Below are positions 28,314 through 38,026 of a stretch of DNA of 64,000 bases, in pieces. The translations under genes were made by a program, and so were the position numbers. The notes below the pieces were generated by a model. That model made no database searches and was not told the DNA's origin. It was given only the letters and a program-made list of their open reading frames with translations. The number at the start of each line of letters is the position of its first letter. The first letter of the stretch is position 1. The stretch is from Deltaproteobacteria bacterium (GTDB lineage Bacteria > Bacillota > Desulfotomaculia > Desulfotomaculales > JAGUVT01), in NCBI GenBank assembly GCA_020062745.1, contig JAGUVT010000051.1:21901-85900 (forward strand), given 5' to 3'.

Positions 28314-28732
28314 TTGAAATGAGTAAAGTTGATTTTGCGTGGCCTGCCAGCCGGCACACTCCTTCCGGCAGGGAGTTCTGGGCAGGGCTTAAGAAAAGGA
28401 AGTTGCTGGCCAATAAGTGCCAGTTGTGTGGAGAGATGTTCTTTCCTCCCAGACTTTGTTGTCCGGCGTGCCTGGGGGATAGGCTGGAATGGTTTGAACT
28501 GAGCGGGAAGGGAACATTATATTCCTGGACGGAAGTATTCTTTGCCGGGCCGGAGTTCAAAACGCCTTTCCTGCTGGGATTGGTTGACCTGGCGGAAGGT
28601 GTGGGCAGAATAGCGTCCCGGATAGCGGGGGCAGAGGCCGGGGAGCTTAAAATCGGGATGCCGGTAAGGTTTACATTTGTTGATGCGGGGGAAGACTTTA
28701 CTATTTATTGTGTAACACCGGATACTGGCTAA
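28310..28732 (+). CDS. Zn-ribbon + OB-fold protein (DUF35 family)
   Basis: 140 aa with a CQLCGEMFFPPRLCCPAC zinc ribbon followed by an OB-fold-like segment. 4-nt overlap with the thiolase gene. Confidence 0.8.
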   Translation: MIEMSKVDFAWPASRHTPSGREFWAGLKKRKLLANKCQLCGEMFFPPRLCCPACLGDRLEWFELSGKGTLYSWTEVFFAGPEFKTPFLLGLVDLAEGVGRIASRIAGAEAGELKIGMPVRFTFVDAGEDFTIYCVTPDTG

Positions 28733-28916
28733 TTGCAATAAAGGACATTATCCCATGCCGGATTTGAACATAAAAACGCAGGCGGCGATGAGAAAATAAC
28801 CTTACATGTTTTGTTGTTTGAAGTTACTGGAAATTTGACGCAAATTGAATTGAGGTAGACTGATCATAATAAAAAGAATTAAAGATAAAATAAGAAACGG
28901 AGAATATTGCTTATAG

Positions 28917-28952
28917 GAGAAGGAGCGGCCGGGCACCGGCCGCTCCTTCTCA
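28917..28952. terminator. Strong 16-bp GC-rich hairpin between convergent genes
   Basis: GAGAAGGAGCGGCCGG-GCAC-CCGGCCGCTCCTTCTC. There is no clear U-tract on either strand, so its function as a terminator is inferred. Confidence 0.5.
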
Positions 28953-28978
28953 GTAAATCATCAATAAATGTTTCTCTT

Positions 28979-31315
28979 TTACTTCGACACTCCCCGCAAC
29001 AGGCGGACCAGGGCCGAGGCAGCCTGGCCGCGGGTGACCGGCCCGGCGGGGTGGAAGCTTTCGTCTTCCGGCGGCACCAGGCGCAGGGCTGCGGCCAGGG
29101 CGGCGTAACCGCGGTCGGCGTCGCCGATTGATTCAGCGTCCCGGACGTCCAGGTTAAAAATCCGGCCCAGGACAGCTACGTCCTTGAGTCCCCTGGCGTT
29201 GACCAGCAGGCGGGCCAGTTCCAGCCGGGTGACGGCGGAATCCGGCTTGATTTCTGCGGCGGTGAGCAGTTCCAGGCGCAGGGCGGCGTCGTAATAGCGG
29301 CGGTGCCAGGGTTGTTCCTTGCTGCCGGCGGCTGTTTTTAACGGCCGGATACCTTCATCAGACGGTTCACAGAGCAAAACCAGCCATTTTACCAGGTGCG
29401 CTTGCGACACTTCTTCCTCCGGGCGGAATTGTTCCCCTTCTCCGGCCAGGATGCCGGCTTGGGCCAGCAGGTCGATGTCGGCTGCCGACGGGTGGCCGGC
29501 GGTGTCGTTAAACTGCAGTTTGCCCGGCGGCTTTACCGGGTTTCCCTCATAATCCAGCAGCTCGCCGGTAAAGGCGTCCAGATAAGACCCCCGGCGTTTT
29601 TCGAGCAGATCGTAAACCAGATATATTTTGCTTTCTGAAGAGGGGGTCCAGGGCGGGATCTTTTGAAAATGCAGGATTAAATCTTCTTTCTCAAGAAATT
29701 TTACGGCTGCTTCTTCTTTGTCCATGATCCCTGCCGGGGACGGGAAATCCAGCTTCCACCAGTCCATCCGGTAGCCGGTAACTTTGCCGGTCAGAGCGTT
29801 TACGGTTACTCCGAAACCGTTTGCAGGAAACTTTATTTCGTTAACCAGCCGGATGTAACTGAAGTGGTAGGAACGGGGCTTGTCCGGTTTTGGCCCGTAG
29901 GGGCGCGGCTCCGGGTTTGATTGCAGGAAAAGAACCTGGCGGTGCCGCTCCGGCTGCAGCTTTTCCATAAAGTCTTCCGCTGTCCGGCGGGCCTGGTCTT
30001 CCGTCAGTTGCTTTTCGGTCGCCGCCTGGTCGATGGGCGACCAGTCCTGTTCGCTGGAATGTTGAAAAGTGAGGAATTCGCCGGTGGCGGCGTCCACGGA
30101 GGCGTTCAGGTAGCCTTTTTGTTCTTCTTCCTGCCAGGAGAAGTGCCAGACTTTTTGCTCCGGAAATTGCCAGTTCTGCCTCAGTTCCGCCTGCTGCAGG
30201 CGGTAGCCGGCAGGTACCTCGATCACTTTTTTAACGGCTGCCAGGGCTTTCTCCCGGGTCAGCAGGTTGCCGATATTCTCGATTGCTTCCAGTTCCACTG
30301 GGGTGAACCGGTCTGCCGGCAATGTTGTTAGTTCATGGTCCATGCGTTTCTTGGCATTTTCGGCGCCGCCTGCGCCGTCGAAGTAAAAGAGCTCGTCCAG
30401 ATGCAGGAGTTTGCCGGTCAGGGCATCGATGTACACCGGTTTGAGATTGGCTGTCCGGTAAAGCAGTTTTACCGGCGCCTTTTCGCTGCCGCGGCGCTCC
30501 GGACGCCAGAAGTAAAAGGGTTCCATGCCGATGTCGCGGCGGAATATTTCACCGGCCCGGCCGGGTGAGATGCGGCCGGAGGCGTCCGGGAAGGAAAGTT
30601 CGTCGTTCCAGTTCAGGTAGATGCCGGTTACTTGCAGGGTGTCGGCGTTTACCTGCACGCTGATGTGGTTTTCCGGGTATTCAATGTCCTGTGCCACTCG
30701 CCGGTAAAGGAAATAATATTCAACTGCGCCGCGCGGCCCGATGGTTACGGGAAACAAACGGTTTTCCTCCTCGACCGGAGTGGTTTGCGGAAAACGGCCG
30801 GGATATATTCTGGCCGCCAGTTCGGCTGCGGTTTTTTGCGCTTCCGCCCGGCTGTGCGCGGGCAGGCCGCGGTAGCGCCGGCGTTGCTCGGCCGGGTCGT
30901 AGATGTGCATGTTTAAGATTTCGCCGTTGGCGGCGTTTACATTTACGGAAAGTTCGCCGCCGTCTTCGGCAGAACGGTACCAGCGCAGCGACCAGTAAGC
31001 GCGGTCCTGCTCCTGGTAATAATTGGACTCGAACTTATCGAAACCGGCGGGTGCGGGAAAGAACTTTTTAGCTATGGCGACGGCTTCTTTTAAAGAGACG
31101 GCTGCGTTTTTACCCGGCGGAGCGGGCTCGTCTTTCCGGCTGACAACTGTTGTCCGGCCTTCCGCTTCCGGCGCCGGTTCCTGGATTACCTCCGGTTTGC
31201 TCTGAGGAGCGGCCGTCGCGTCTGCCGCTGCCGGTTCCGGCTGGAACAGGAGCGCCGTTCCGGCCAGCAGGCAGGCTGCCAGCAGACGGATTATTGTTTT
31301 TTTGCTGTCGGACAA
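28979..31315 (-). CDS. Secreted cell-envelope protein with repeated PepSY/YcdB-like modules and C-terminal SLH domains
   Basis: I placed the start at the TTG (31315) with GGAGGTGA upstream. Signal peptide KKTIIRLLAACLLAGTALLFQPEPAAADA. Contains several modules of the form ...YWSLRW...L.V.V.A..GE.L. The C-terminus has about three SLH-like repeats (FNDTAGHPSAADIDLLAQAGIL...). Confidence 0.7.
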   Translation of the reverse strand: MSDSKKTIIRLLAACLLAGTALLFQPEPAAADATAAPQSKPEVIQEPAPEAEGRTTVVSRKDEPAPPGKNAAVSLKEAVAIAKKFFPAPAGFDKFESNYYQEQDRAYWSLRWYRSAEDGGELSVNVNAANGEILNMHIYDPAEQRRRYRGLPAHSRAEAQKTAAELAARIYPGRFPQTTPVEEENRLFPVTIGPRGAVEYYFLYRRVAQDIEYPENHISVQVNADTLQVTGIYLNWNDELSFPDASGRISPGRAGEIFRRDIGMEPFYFWRPERRGSEKAPVKLLYRTANLKPVYIDALTGKLLHLDELFYFDGAGGAENAKKRMDHELTTLPADRFTPVELEAIENIGNLLTREKALAAVKKVIEVPAGYRLQQAELRQNWQFPEQKVWHFSWQEEEQKGYLNASVDAATGEFLTFQHSSEQDWSPIDQAATEKQLTEDQARRTAEDFMEKLQPERHRQVLFLQSNPEPRPYGPKPDKPRSYHFSYIRLVNEIKFPANGFGVTVNALTGKVTGYRMDWWKLDFPSPAGIMDKEEAAVKFLEKEDLILHFQKIPPWTPSSESKIYLVYDLLEKRRGSYLDAFTGELLDYEGNPVKPPGKLQFNDTAGHPSAADIDLLAQAGILAGEGEQFRPEEEVSQAHLVKWLVLLCEPSDEGIRPLKTAAGSKEQPWHRRYYDAALRLELLTAAEIKPDSAVTRLELARLLVNARGLKDVAVLGRIFNLDVRDAESIGDADRGYAALAAALRLVPPEDESFHPAGPVTRGQAASALVRLLRGVSK

Positions 31316-31351
31316 AAAACTCACCTCCATGGATTTTAACAATTACAGGCT

Positions 31352-31540
31352 TTACTTCGGCAGATGTTAAAAATATCCTTTAATGTTTTTCAAGCACCTC
31401 CTTTGGAGAAAATTAAATGTTCCTGCATATATAGACGTATCTGATCCTCTTTTAGTTCCCTCAGGCGGCAAAAAATTTTTTTTGGGCAGAAAAACAGGTA
31501 ACTTCGGAATGTTGTAGAATTTTATTGCCTGAGAGGCCGG
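31352..31540. repeat. Copy 2 of the duplicated divergent intergenic region
   Basis: See 26931-27131. It has the same orientation and the same flanking layout: the start of a minus-strand gene on the left and the start of a plus-strand gene on the right. Confidence 0.8.
31433..31459 (-). promoter_or_regulatory. ECF-sigma-type promoter (GGAAC-N17-CGTCT), copy 2
   Basis: The minus strand reads GGAAC taaaagaggatcagata CGTCTATA and points at the SLH/PepSY gene. Confidence 0.6.
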
Positions 31541-31632
31541 AGAGATTGAGAAAGCAGCCGTTGCCCGGGTCGAAATGAGCTTGCGGCGCGGCGGCTGCCG
31601 GATAACTGGTTGATTAAAGGTGTGATGACGGA

Positions 31633-32958
31633 GTGGATCTTTTTGATCGTGCGCTGGACAGGCAACTGGCTGAGAACGGGCCGCTGGCGTATCGTATGCG
31701 CCCGCGCCGCCTGGACGAATTCGAGGAGCAAACCGCTGTGGCCGGTCCGGGCACTCCTCTCCGGCGGGCCATTGAAACCGATCAGCTTGGCTCCATGCTT
31801 TTTTTTGGCCCGCCGGGCTCGGGCAAAACCGCCCTGGCCGGTATCGTGGCCGGGATGACCGGCGCCCATTTTACGGTAATCAACGCCGTCATGGCGGGGG
31901 TGGCCGATATCCGGCGGGTGGTGGGAGAGGCCCGGGAAAGGCGGAAATACAGCGGCACGAAGACAGTTCTTTTTATCGATGAAATTCACCGTTTTAACAA
32001 GGCACAGCAGGACGCCCTGCTGCCGTTTGTGGAAAACGGGCTGATTATTTTGATTGGATCAACCACGGAAAACCCCATGTTTGCTGTGAACCGGCCCCTG
32101 CTTTCCCGCCTACGCCTGTATCGTTTTGAGCCACTGTCCGGGGAAGCGGTGCGGCGCATTTTGGAAAGGGCGCTTAAGAATACGGAACGCGGGCTGGGCG
32201 GTTACCGGCCGGAAGTAGCGCCGGAGGCGCTTGACCACCTGGCGCAGGTGGCCAACGGCGATGTCCGGACGGCTTTGAATGCGCTGGAACTGGCCGTTCT
32301 TACGGCACAGCCGGGCCCGGACGGGGTGCGGCGGGTGGATTTGGCTGCTGCCGAACAGGCCGTCCAGCGGCGGGTATTGCAGTACGACCGGGAAGACGAG
32401 CATTACGATGTGGTATCGGCCTGGATCAAGAGCATGCGGGGTTCCGACCCCCAGGCCGCCCTCTACTGGCTGGCCCGGCTGCTTTACGCCGGGGACGCGC
32501 CGGAGTTTATCTGCCGGCGGCTGATGATCCACGCCGCGGAAGACGTGGGTCTGGCCGACCCCCAGGCGCTGGTGCTGGCTTCCGCCGCGGCGCAGGCGGT
32601 GGAGCGGGTTGGTATGCCCGAAGCCAGAATCATTCTGGCCGAAGCTGTCCTGTACATAGCACTGGCGCCGAAGAGCAACTCGGCCTATAAAGGAATCGAA
32701 GCGGCCATGGAGGCGGTGGAAAAGGAGAAAGCGGAGGCGGTGCCGGTGCACTTGCGTGACGCCGGCTACCGGGGGGCGGCGGCTTTGGGACACGGCCGGG
32801 GCTACCGCTACCCGCATGATTACCCCGGTCACTACGTGTTGCAGGAGTACCTGCCGCCGTCGGTAAAAGACAAGGCATTTTATGAGCCTTCTGACCAGGG
32901 TAAGGAAAAATTGCTCTATAAACAATGGTTGCAGAAAAAATCCCTGTTTAAAGATTAA
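31633..32958 (+). CDS. rarA: Replication-associated recombination protein A (MgsA/RarA AAA+ ATPase)
   Basis: Contains GPPGSGKT, LFIDEIHRFNKAQQD and YDVVSAWIKSMRGSD. 441 aa. Confidence 0.9.
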   Translation: MDLFDRALDRQLAENGPLAYRMRPRRLDEFEEQTAVAGPGTPLRRAIETDQLGSMLFFGPPGSGKTALAGIVAGMTGAHFTVINAVMAGVADIRRVVGEARERRKYSGTKTVLFIDEIHRFNKAQQDALLPFVENGLIILIGSTTENPMFAVNRPLLSRLRLYRFEPLSGEAVRRILERALKNTERGLGGYRPEVAPEALDHLAQVANGDVRTALNALELAVLTAQPGPDGVRRVDLAAAEQAVQRRVLQYDREDEHYDVVSAWIKSMRGSDPQAALYWLARLLYAGDAPEFICRRLMIHAAEDVGLADPQALVLASAAAQAVERVGMPEARIILAEAVLYIALAPKSNSAYKGIEAAMEAVEKEKAEAVPVHLRDAGYRGAAALGHGRGYRYPHDYPGHYVLQEYLPPSVKDKAFYEPSDQGKEKLLYKQWLQKKSLFKD

Positions 32959-33065
32959 TCCGCATCTGCGAATGTTTTTTATGGAAAATTTTTGTCAGCA
33001 GGCAGGAAGATGTTGCTTTTGTCCCGAATTGAGGGATTCAAGAAATAAATAGGGGAAGAAATTAA

Positions 33066-34160
33066 TTGGATGATCGAATATACTGGTTGGGATGGCAATA
33101 TTTGCTGCCCGGCGCCGGTAAGAAGGTTCGGTTGATAGCAGGGCGCTTTGGTTCGCCGCGGACGGCCTGGGAGGCTTCGCCGGAGGCTTTGCAAAGGGTG
33201 TCGGGAATTGCCGAAGATGTGGTTGCCGACCTGGTGCGCCGGCGGGCAGAAATTGATCTTGACCGAGAGTTAAGAAAACTCGATTTAATGGGGGTATCGT
33301 TTGTTTGTTGTGGCGACCCAGGTTATCCGGAAAATTTACGGACCATTTTTGACCCGCCGCCAGCCCTTTTTGTGCGGGGAGATTTGATTGCTCAGGATGC
33401 TCTGGCTGTAGCGGTGGTGGGAACGCGCCGGCCTTCTTACTATGGGCAGGCGGTAGCTGAAAGAATAGGGAAGGACCTGGCTATGGCTGGTGTGACGGTT
33501 GTCAGCGGCATGGCCAGGGGGATTGATACTGCTGCTCACCGGGGGGCTTTAAAAGCAGGAGGACGGACTGTTGCCGTGTTGGGTTGCGGCCCTGATGTGG
33601 TATATCCCAGGGAAAACCGCAAACTAATGGAACAGATTATGGCAACTGGTGCGGTGGTCAGTGAATTTCCTCCCGGCACAGCGCCGGATGCCTGGCACTT
33701 TCCGGTCCGTAACAGGGTCATCAGCGGCCTGGCCAAAGGGGTGGTGGTGGTTGAGGCAGCGGAAAAAAGCGGCGCTTTGATTACTGCTGATTTTGCTCTG
33801 GAACAGGGGCGAGAAGTAATGGCTGTTCCGGGAAATGTTACCAGCCCGTCAAGCAGGGGACCGCACTGGTTAATCAAGCAGGGGGCGGCGTTGGTAGAAA
33901 GTGCTGAAGATGTGCTGGATGAGTTGGGGGTAGAAGATCTTTTTCCGGTGAAGGAAGCCGGTGTGAGTAGTACCGTAAAGCTCAGTAACGAAGAAGAGGT
34001 TGTTTACCGGATGCTTTCATTGGAACCGGTTTCCATGGACTTTCTAATTCAGCAGTCCGGCATTTCTCCCCAAGAAGTGGCAGCGGCCCTGATGTTTTTG
34101 GAAGTAAAGGGAATGGTCAAACAATTGGCGGGGAAATTTTATGTTGTTGCCGGGTTATAA
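33066..34160 (+). CDS. dprA: DNA processing protein DprA (Smf)
   Basis: Contains VVSGMARGIDTAAHRGAL and RNRVISGL. Its position upstream of topA supports the call. Confidence 0.9.
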   Translation: MDDRIYWLGWQYLLPGAGKKVRLIAGRFGSPRTAWEASPEALQRVSGIAEDVVADLVRRRAEIDLDRELRKLDLMGVSFVCCGDPGYPENLRTIFDPPPALFVRGDLIAQDALAVAVVGTRRPSYYGQAVAERIGKDLAMAGVTVVSGMARGIDTAAHRGALKAGGRTVAVLGCGPDVVYPRENRKLMEQIMATGAVVSEFPPGTAPDAWHFPVRNRVISGLAKGVVVVEAAEKSGALITADFALEQGREVMAVPGNVTSPSSRGPHWLIKQGAALVESAEDVLDELGVEDLFPVKEAGVSSTVKLSNEEEVVYRMLSLEPVSMDFLIQQSGISPQEVAAALMFLEVKGMVKQLAGKFYVVAGL

Positions 34161-34244
34161 AGGGGAGGTTTGGTGGGTAAGATTTCATTATGAAGCAGAA
34201 ACGCAGCTTATAAATCAGTACCGGGAGAACGGAGTGAAACTTAA

Positions 34245-36403
34245 TTGTCCAAAACACTGGTGATAGTAGAATCACCTGCCAAGGCTAAAACTATCAGCAA
34301 GTTTTTAGGAAAAAAATATACGGTGAAGTCTTCTGTAGGGCATGTACGTGATTTGCCTAAAAGCCAGCTTGGCGTGAATGTTGAAAAGGATTTGAACCAA
34401 AATATATTACCATAAGAGGAAAAGGCGGCCATATAAAAGAGCTTAAAAATATAGTAAAAAAGGTTAAACAGGTATTGCTGGCCTCTGATCCGGACCGGGA
34501 AGGTGAAGCGATTGCCTGGCATTTACAGGAATTGTTAAATATTTGTGCGGATCGGCCTTGCCGCATTGAGTTTAATGAAATTACAAAGGAGGCTATCCAT
34601 AATGCGGTAAATCATCCCCGCCCGATTGATTTTAATCTGGTAAATGCCCAGCAGGCCAGACGCATACTGGATCGCCTGGTTGGCTATAACTTGAGCCCGT
34701 TGTTATGGCGCAAGGTGAAAAAGGGACTCTCCGCCGGCCGGGTGCAGTCGGTGGCGGTAAGATTGGTTTGCGACCGGGAAGAAGAGATTCAAGGTTTTGT
34801 GCCGGAGGAATATTGGACTATTACCGGTAGTTTCAGTAAAATCGGAGGGGAGATTTTTCAGGCAAGGCTTTATAAGCATAGAGAACGCAAGGTTGAGGTG
34901 CATAGTCAGGCTGAAGCGGAGAAAGTCATTAATGAGCTTCAACGCGCCAATTATGTAGTGACGAAAGTTTCCCGTCAGGAGAAAAAGCGCCACTCTGCGC
35001 CGCCGTTTATTACCAGCAGCCTGCAGCAGGAAGCCTACCGGAAGTTAAATTTTACCGCTCGCAAAACAATGATGGTAGCCCAGCAATTGTACGAGGGTCT
35101 GGAACTGGGAAAAGAGGGGACATCAGGACTCATTACTTATATCCGCACTGACTCTACCCGGGTGTCGACCGGGGCCAGGGAAGAGGCAGCGGCTTTTGTC
35201 AGTGAGCGTTTTGGCGTGCAATACTGGCCCAAAAAGGTCAGAACAGTTGCTGAAAAAGGCAGAATTCAGGATGCTCATGAAGCCATCCGGCCGACCTCTA
35301 TTTATCGTGAGCCGGAGTTGATTAAACAGTATCTGACTCCTGATCAGTATAAGCTCTACAGGCTGGTCTGGGCTCGTTTTTTAGCAAGCCAGATGGGACC
35401 GGCAGTCTTCGACGTAACTACCGTTGATATTAAAGGTGGGAATTATCTGTTTCGGGCTACCGGTTCGGTTATGAGATTTCCAGGGTTTACGAAGGTTTAT
35501 ATTGAGGGACGGGATAATAATGAAGAGAAAGAGGAGAACGGGTTGCTTCCGGAGCTGCAGCAGGGAGATGCCCTGGAAATGCATTCCTTAAACCCGGCGC
35601 AACATTTTACCCAACCACCGCCCCGGTATACTGAGGCTAGCTTAATCAGGGTCATGGAGGAAAAAGGCATCGGAAGGCCCAGTACCTATGCGCCGGTTTT
35701 AGAAACAGTAATCAAAAGAGGTTATGTAGTAAGAGAGAAGAAGCAGCTTTATCCTACCGAACTCGGTATTATCGTAATTGATTTATTAAAGAAATATTTT
35801 CCGGATATAATTAATGTAGAATTTACAGCCGGTATGGAAGAACAACTGGATAATATTGAAGAGGGAGTATTGAACTGGGTACAGGTTTTGGAGGATTTTT
35901 ATTATCCTTTTGATTTAACCTTGAAAAAAGCCGAGGAGGAGATCAGTCAGGTTCAGCTAACTGATGAAGTAACCGAAGAAGTATGTGAGCTATGCGGGCG
36001 TAAAATGGTAGTTAAAGTTGGCCGGTATGGAAAATTTTTAGCCTGTCCGGGGTTTCCCGAGTGCCGCAATGCCAGGCCGCTGGTGGAATCGATAGGTGTA
36101 CCCTGCCCGCGGTGTGACGGTGATTTAGTGGCCCGGCGCAGTAAAAAAGGGAGAAAATTTTACGGTTGCAGCCGGTACCCCAATTGCAATTTTATGAGCT
36201 GGGATCAGCCTTCTCCGGCAAAGTGCCCGGACTGCGGCGGCTTGATGGTGGAGAAGAAAGGCAAGGCGCATACCGGTTTGCTGTACTGCATTAATAAAAG
36301 TTGTAAAAGCCGTCAGCCTGCGCGGAAGAAAAAAACGGCCGGTAAGCATTCGGTTCGTGAGGGGAAGGTTGATCATCCGGTAGAAATGACGGCAAGGAGT
36401 TGA
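34245..36403 (+). pseudogene. topA: DNA topoisomerase I, interrupted by a 1-nt deletion
   Basis: A TTG at 34245 gives (M)[48 protein letters not shown], then a stop at 34413. The -1 frame continues [19 protein letters not shown]...LLASDPDREGEAIAWH... to 36403. That frame carries the active-site TYIRTDS and C-terminal zinc ribbons. The break is at TTT 34391-34393, where TTTT is expected. Confidence 0.9.
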
Positions 36404-36556
36404 GCTTTTAACACCAGTGCTGTAATTTAAAAGTGTCCCATGCTTTTTTTTGGCCGGGCAGGCAACTGGTGCGGAAAGTTATGGGGAGAAGGATCGTAAC
36501 TCCCGTTTTACCGGCGCCGGCGCTGGAATTGCTGGAGACCTGGGAGGAGAAACTGG

Positions 36557-37465
36557 ATGTATAGTTTTATTGATAATTTTCTTATTTTTTTACAGGTGGA
36601 AAAAAATGCTTCAACCTGTACGGTGGAGGGTTATCAAAAAGATTTGTTTCACGGCCTTGACTTTTTTGCCGGAGAGTTAAAAAAGGAAGATGCTGAGCTG
36701 CACCCGGCGGAGATAGATCGCTCTTTATTCCGCCATTACCTGGCCTATTTACAAAACATGGGATTGAAGCGTACTACCATCGCCCGCCGACTGGCGGCAT
36801 GGCGTTCGTTTTACCGTTATCTTTGCCGGGAGAAGATAGTAAAAGATAATTTTTTAAATATGGTAGCTACCCCTAAAATAGAGAAAAAGCTGCCCCGTTT
36901 CTTGTATGAGGATGAAGTAAAGTTACTGCTGGAATCTTCCGGGCGGGAACATTGCCTTGATCAGCGTAACAGGGCTATTTTGGAAACTCTTTACGGAGGA
37001 GGAATCAGGGTGAGTGAGATGGTCGGTCTTGACGTGGGGGATTTGGACCTTGCCTCCGGCTACATTCGGGTGCTGGGCAAAAGGGGCCGGGAACGCCTGG
37101 TACCTCTGGGCGCCTGTGCAGTTGAGGCATTACAGAAGTACCTTCGTGAAGGCAGGCTGTTCATTCTTAACCAACGAAAAAAATTTGGATCTGCTGTCTT
37201 TTTAAACTGGTGGGGCGACCGGCTTACCGGGCGCGGGGTGAACAAGATAATTGCCAGGTACGTGCGGCAGACTGGCCTGGGAAAGGGGATTAGCCCTCAT
37301 ACCCTGCGTCATTCTTTTGCCACTCATATGCTGAATGCCGGTGCAGATCTCCGGTCGGTACAGGAACTGCTGGGTCATAAACGCCTTTCAACAACCCAAA
37401 TTTATACTCATATTACCGGCGAGCGTTTAAAACGGGTTTACCAAAAGGCTCATCCCAGAGCATAG
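36557..37465 (+). CDS. xerC: Tyrosine recombinase XerC (CodV)
   Basis: Contains [38 protein letters not shown]. Its position before hslVU-codY supports the call. Confidence 0.9.
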   Translation: MYSFIDNFLIFLQVEKNASTCTVEGYQKDLFHGLDFFAGELKKEDAELHPAEIDRSLFRHYLAYLQNMGLKRTTIARRLAAWRSFYRYLCREKIVKDNFLNMVATPKIEKKLPRFLYEDEVKLLLESSGREHCLDQRNRAILETLYGGGIRVSEMVGLDVGDLDLASGYIRVLGKRGRERLVPLGACAVEALQKYLREGRLFILNQRKKFGSAVFLNWWGDRLTGRGVNKIIARYVRQTGLGKGISPHTLRHSFATHMLNAGADLRSVQELLGHKRLSTTQIYTHITGERLKRVYQKAHPRA

Positions 37466-37484
37466 AATCGAGAGGAGAAGCAAG

Positions 37485-38015
37485 ATGTTTTATGCGACTA
37501 CGATTGTGGCGGTGAAGAGAAATGGGAAGGTGGCTATGGCTGGAGACGGGCAAGTGACCTTCAGTGAGCATACTATTATTAAACAGAATGCCAGAAAGAT
37601 CCGGCGGCTCCATAATAATAGGGTATTGGCCGGGTTTGCCGGTTCAGTAGCCGATGCTTTTACTCTGTTCGAAAAGTTTGAGGGGAAGCTGGATCAATAC
37701 CATGGTAATTTGCCAAAGGCAGCAGTAGAGTTGGCGAAAGACTGGCGTACCGACAGGATTTTGCGCCGTCTGGAAGCTCTTTTGGTGGTAGCTGATAGAA
37801 CCGATCTTCTGATTATCTCCGGCGGGGGGGAGGTAATCGAGCCGGATGGCGGGGTTACTGCTGTTGGTTCAGGCGGTCCTTATGCTCTTGCGGCAGCCCG
37901 GGCTCTGGTGAAACATACCGCTCTGGAGGCCGGGGAAGTAGCGCATGAGGCCCTGTCTATAGCTGCGGATATTTGTGTCTATACTAATGCCAACATTATT
38001 GTAGAGGAAATATAG
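37485..38015 (+). CDS. hslV: ATP-dependent protease subunit HslV (ClpQ)
   Basis: 176 aa. N-terminus ...[21 protein letters not shown], plus [14 protein letters not shown]. Confidence 0.9.
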   Translation: MFYATTIVAVKRNGKVAMAGDGQVTFSEHTIIKQNARKIRRLHNNRVLAGFAGSVADAFTLFEKFEGKLDQYHGNLPKAAVELAKDWRTDRILRRLEALLVVADRTDLLIISGGGEVIEPDGGVTAVGSGGPYALAAARALVKHTALEAGEVAHEALSIAADICVYTNANIIVEEI

Positions 38016-38026
38016 GAGGGTATGGT

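Noticed and set aside
29319-31383. Series of plus-strand ORFs (60 to 136 aa) opposite the SLH/PepSY gene
   Set aside because: All are antisense to one long, signal-peptide-bearing ORF. None has an RBS or a recognisable domain.
32110-32925. 271-aa minus-strand ORF
   Set aside because: It is antisense to rarA (Walker A/B and the conserved C-terminal domain are on the plus strand), so it is a shadow ORF.
36404-36556. Possible remnant of trmFO (for example the small frame [27 protein letters not shown] ending at the xerC start)
   Set aside because: It is too short, and I could not align it convincingly by eye with the TrmFO C-terminus. It is reported only as a synteny gap.
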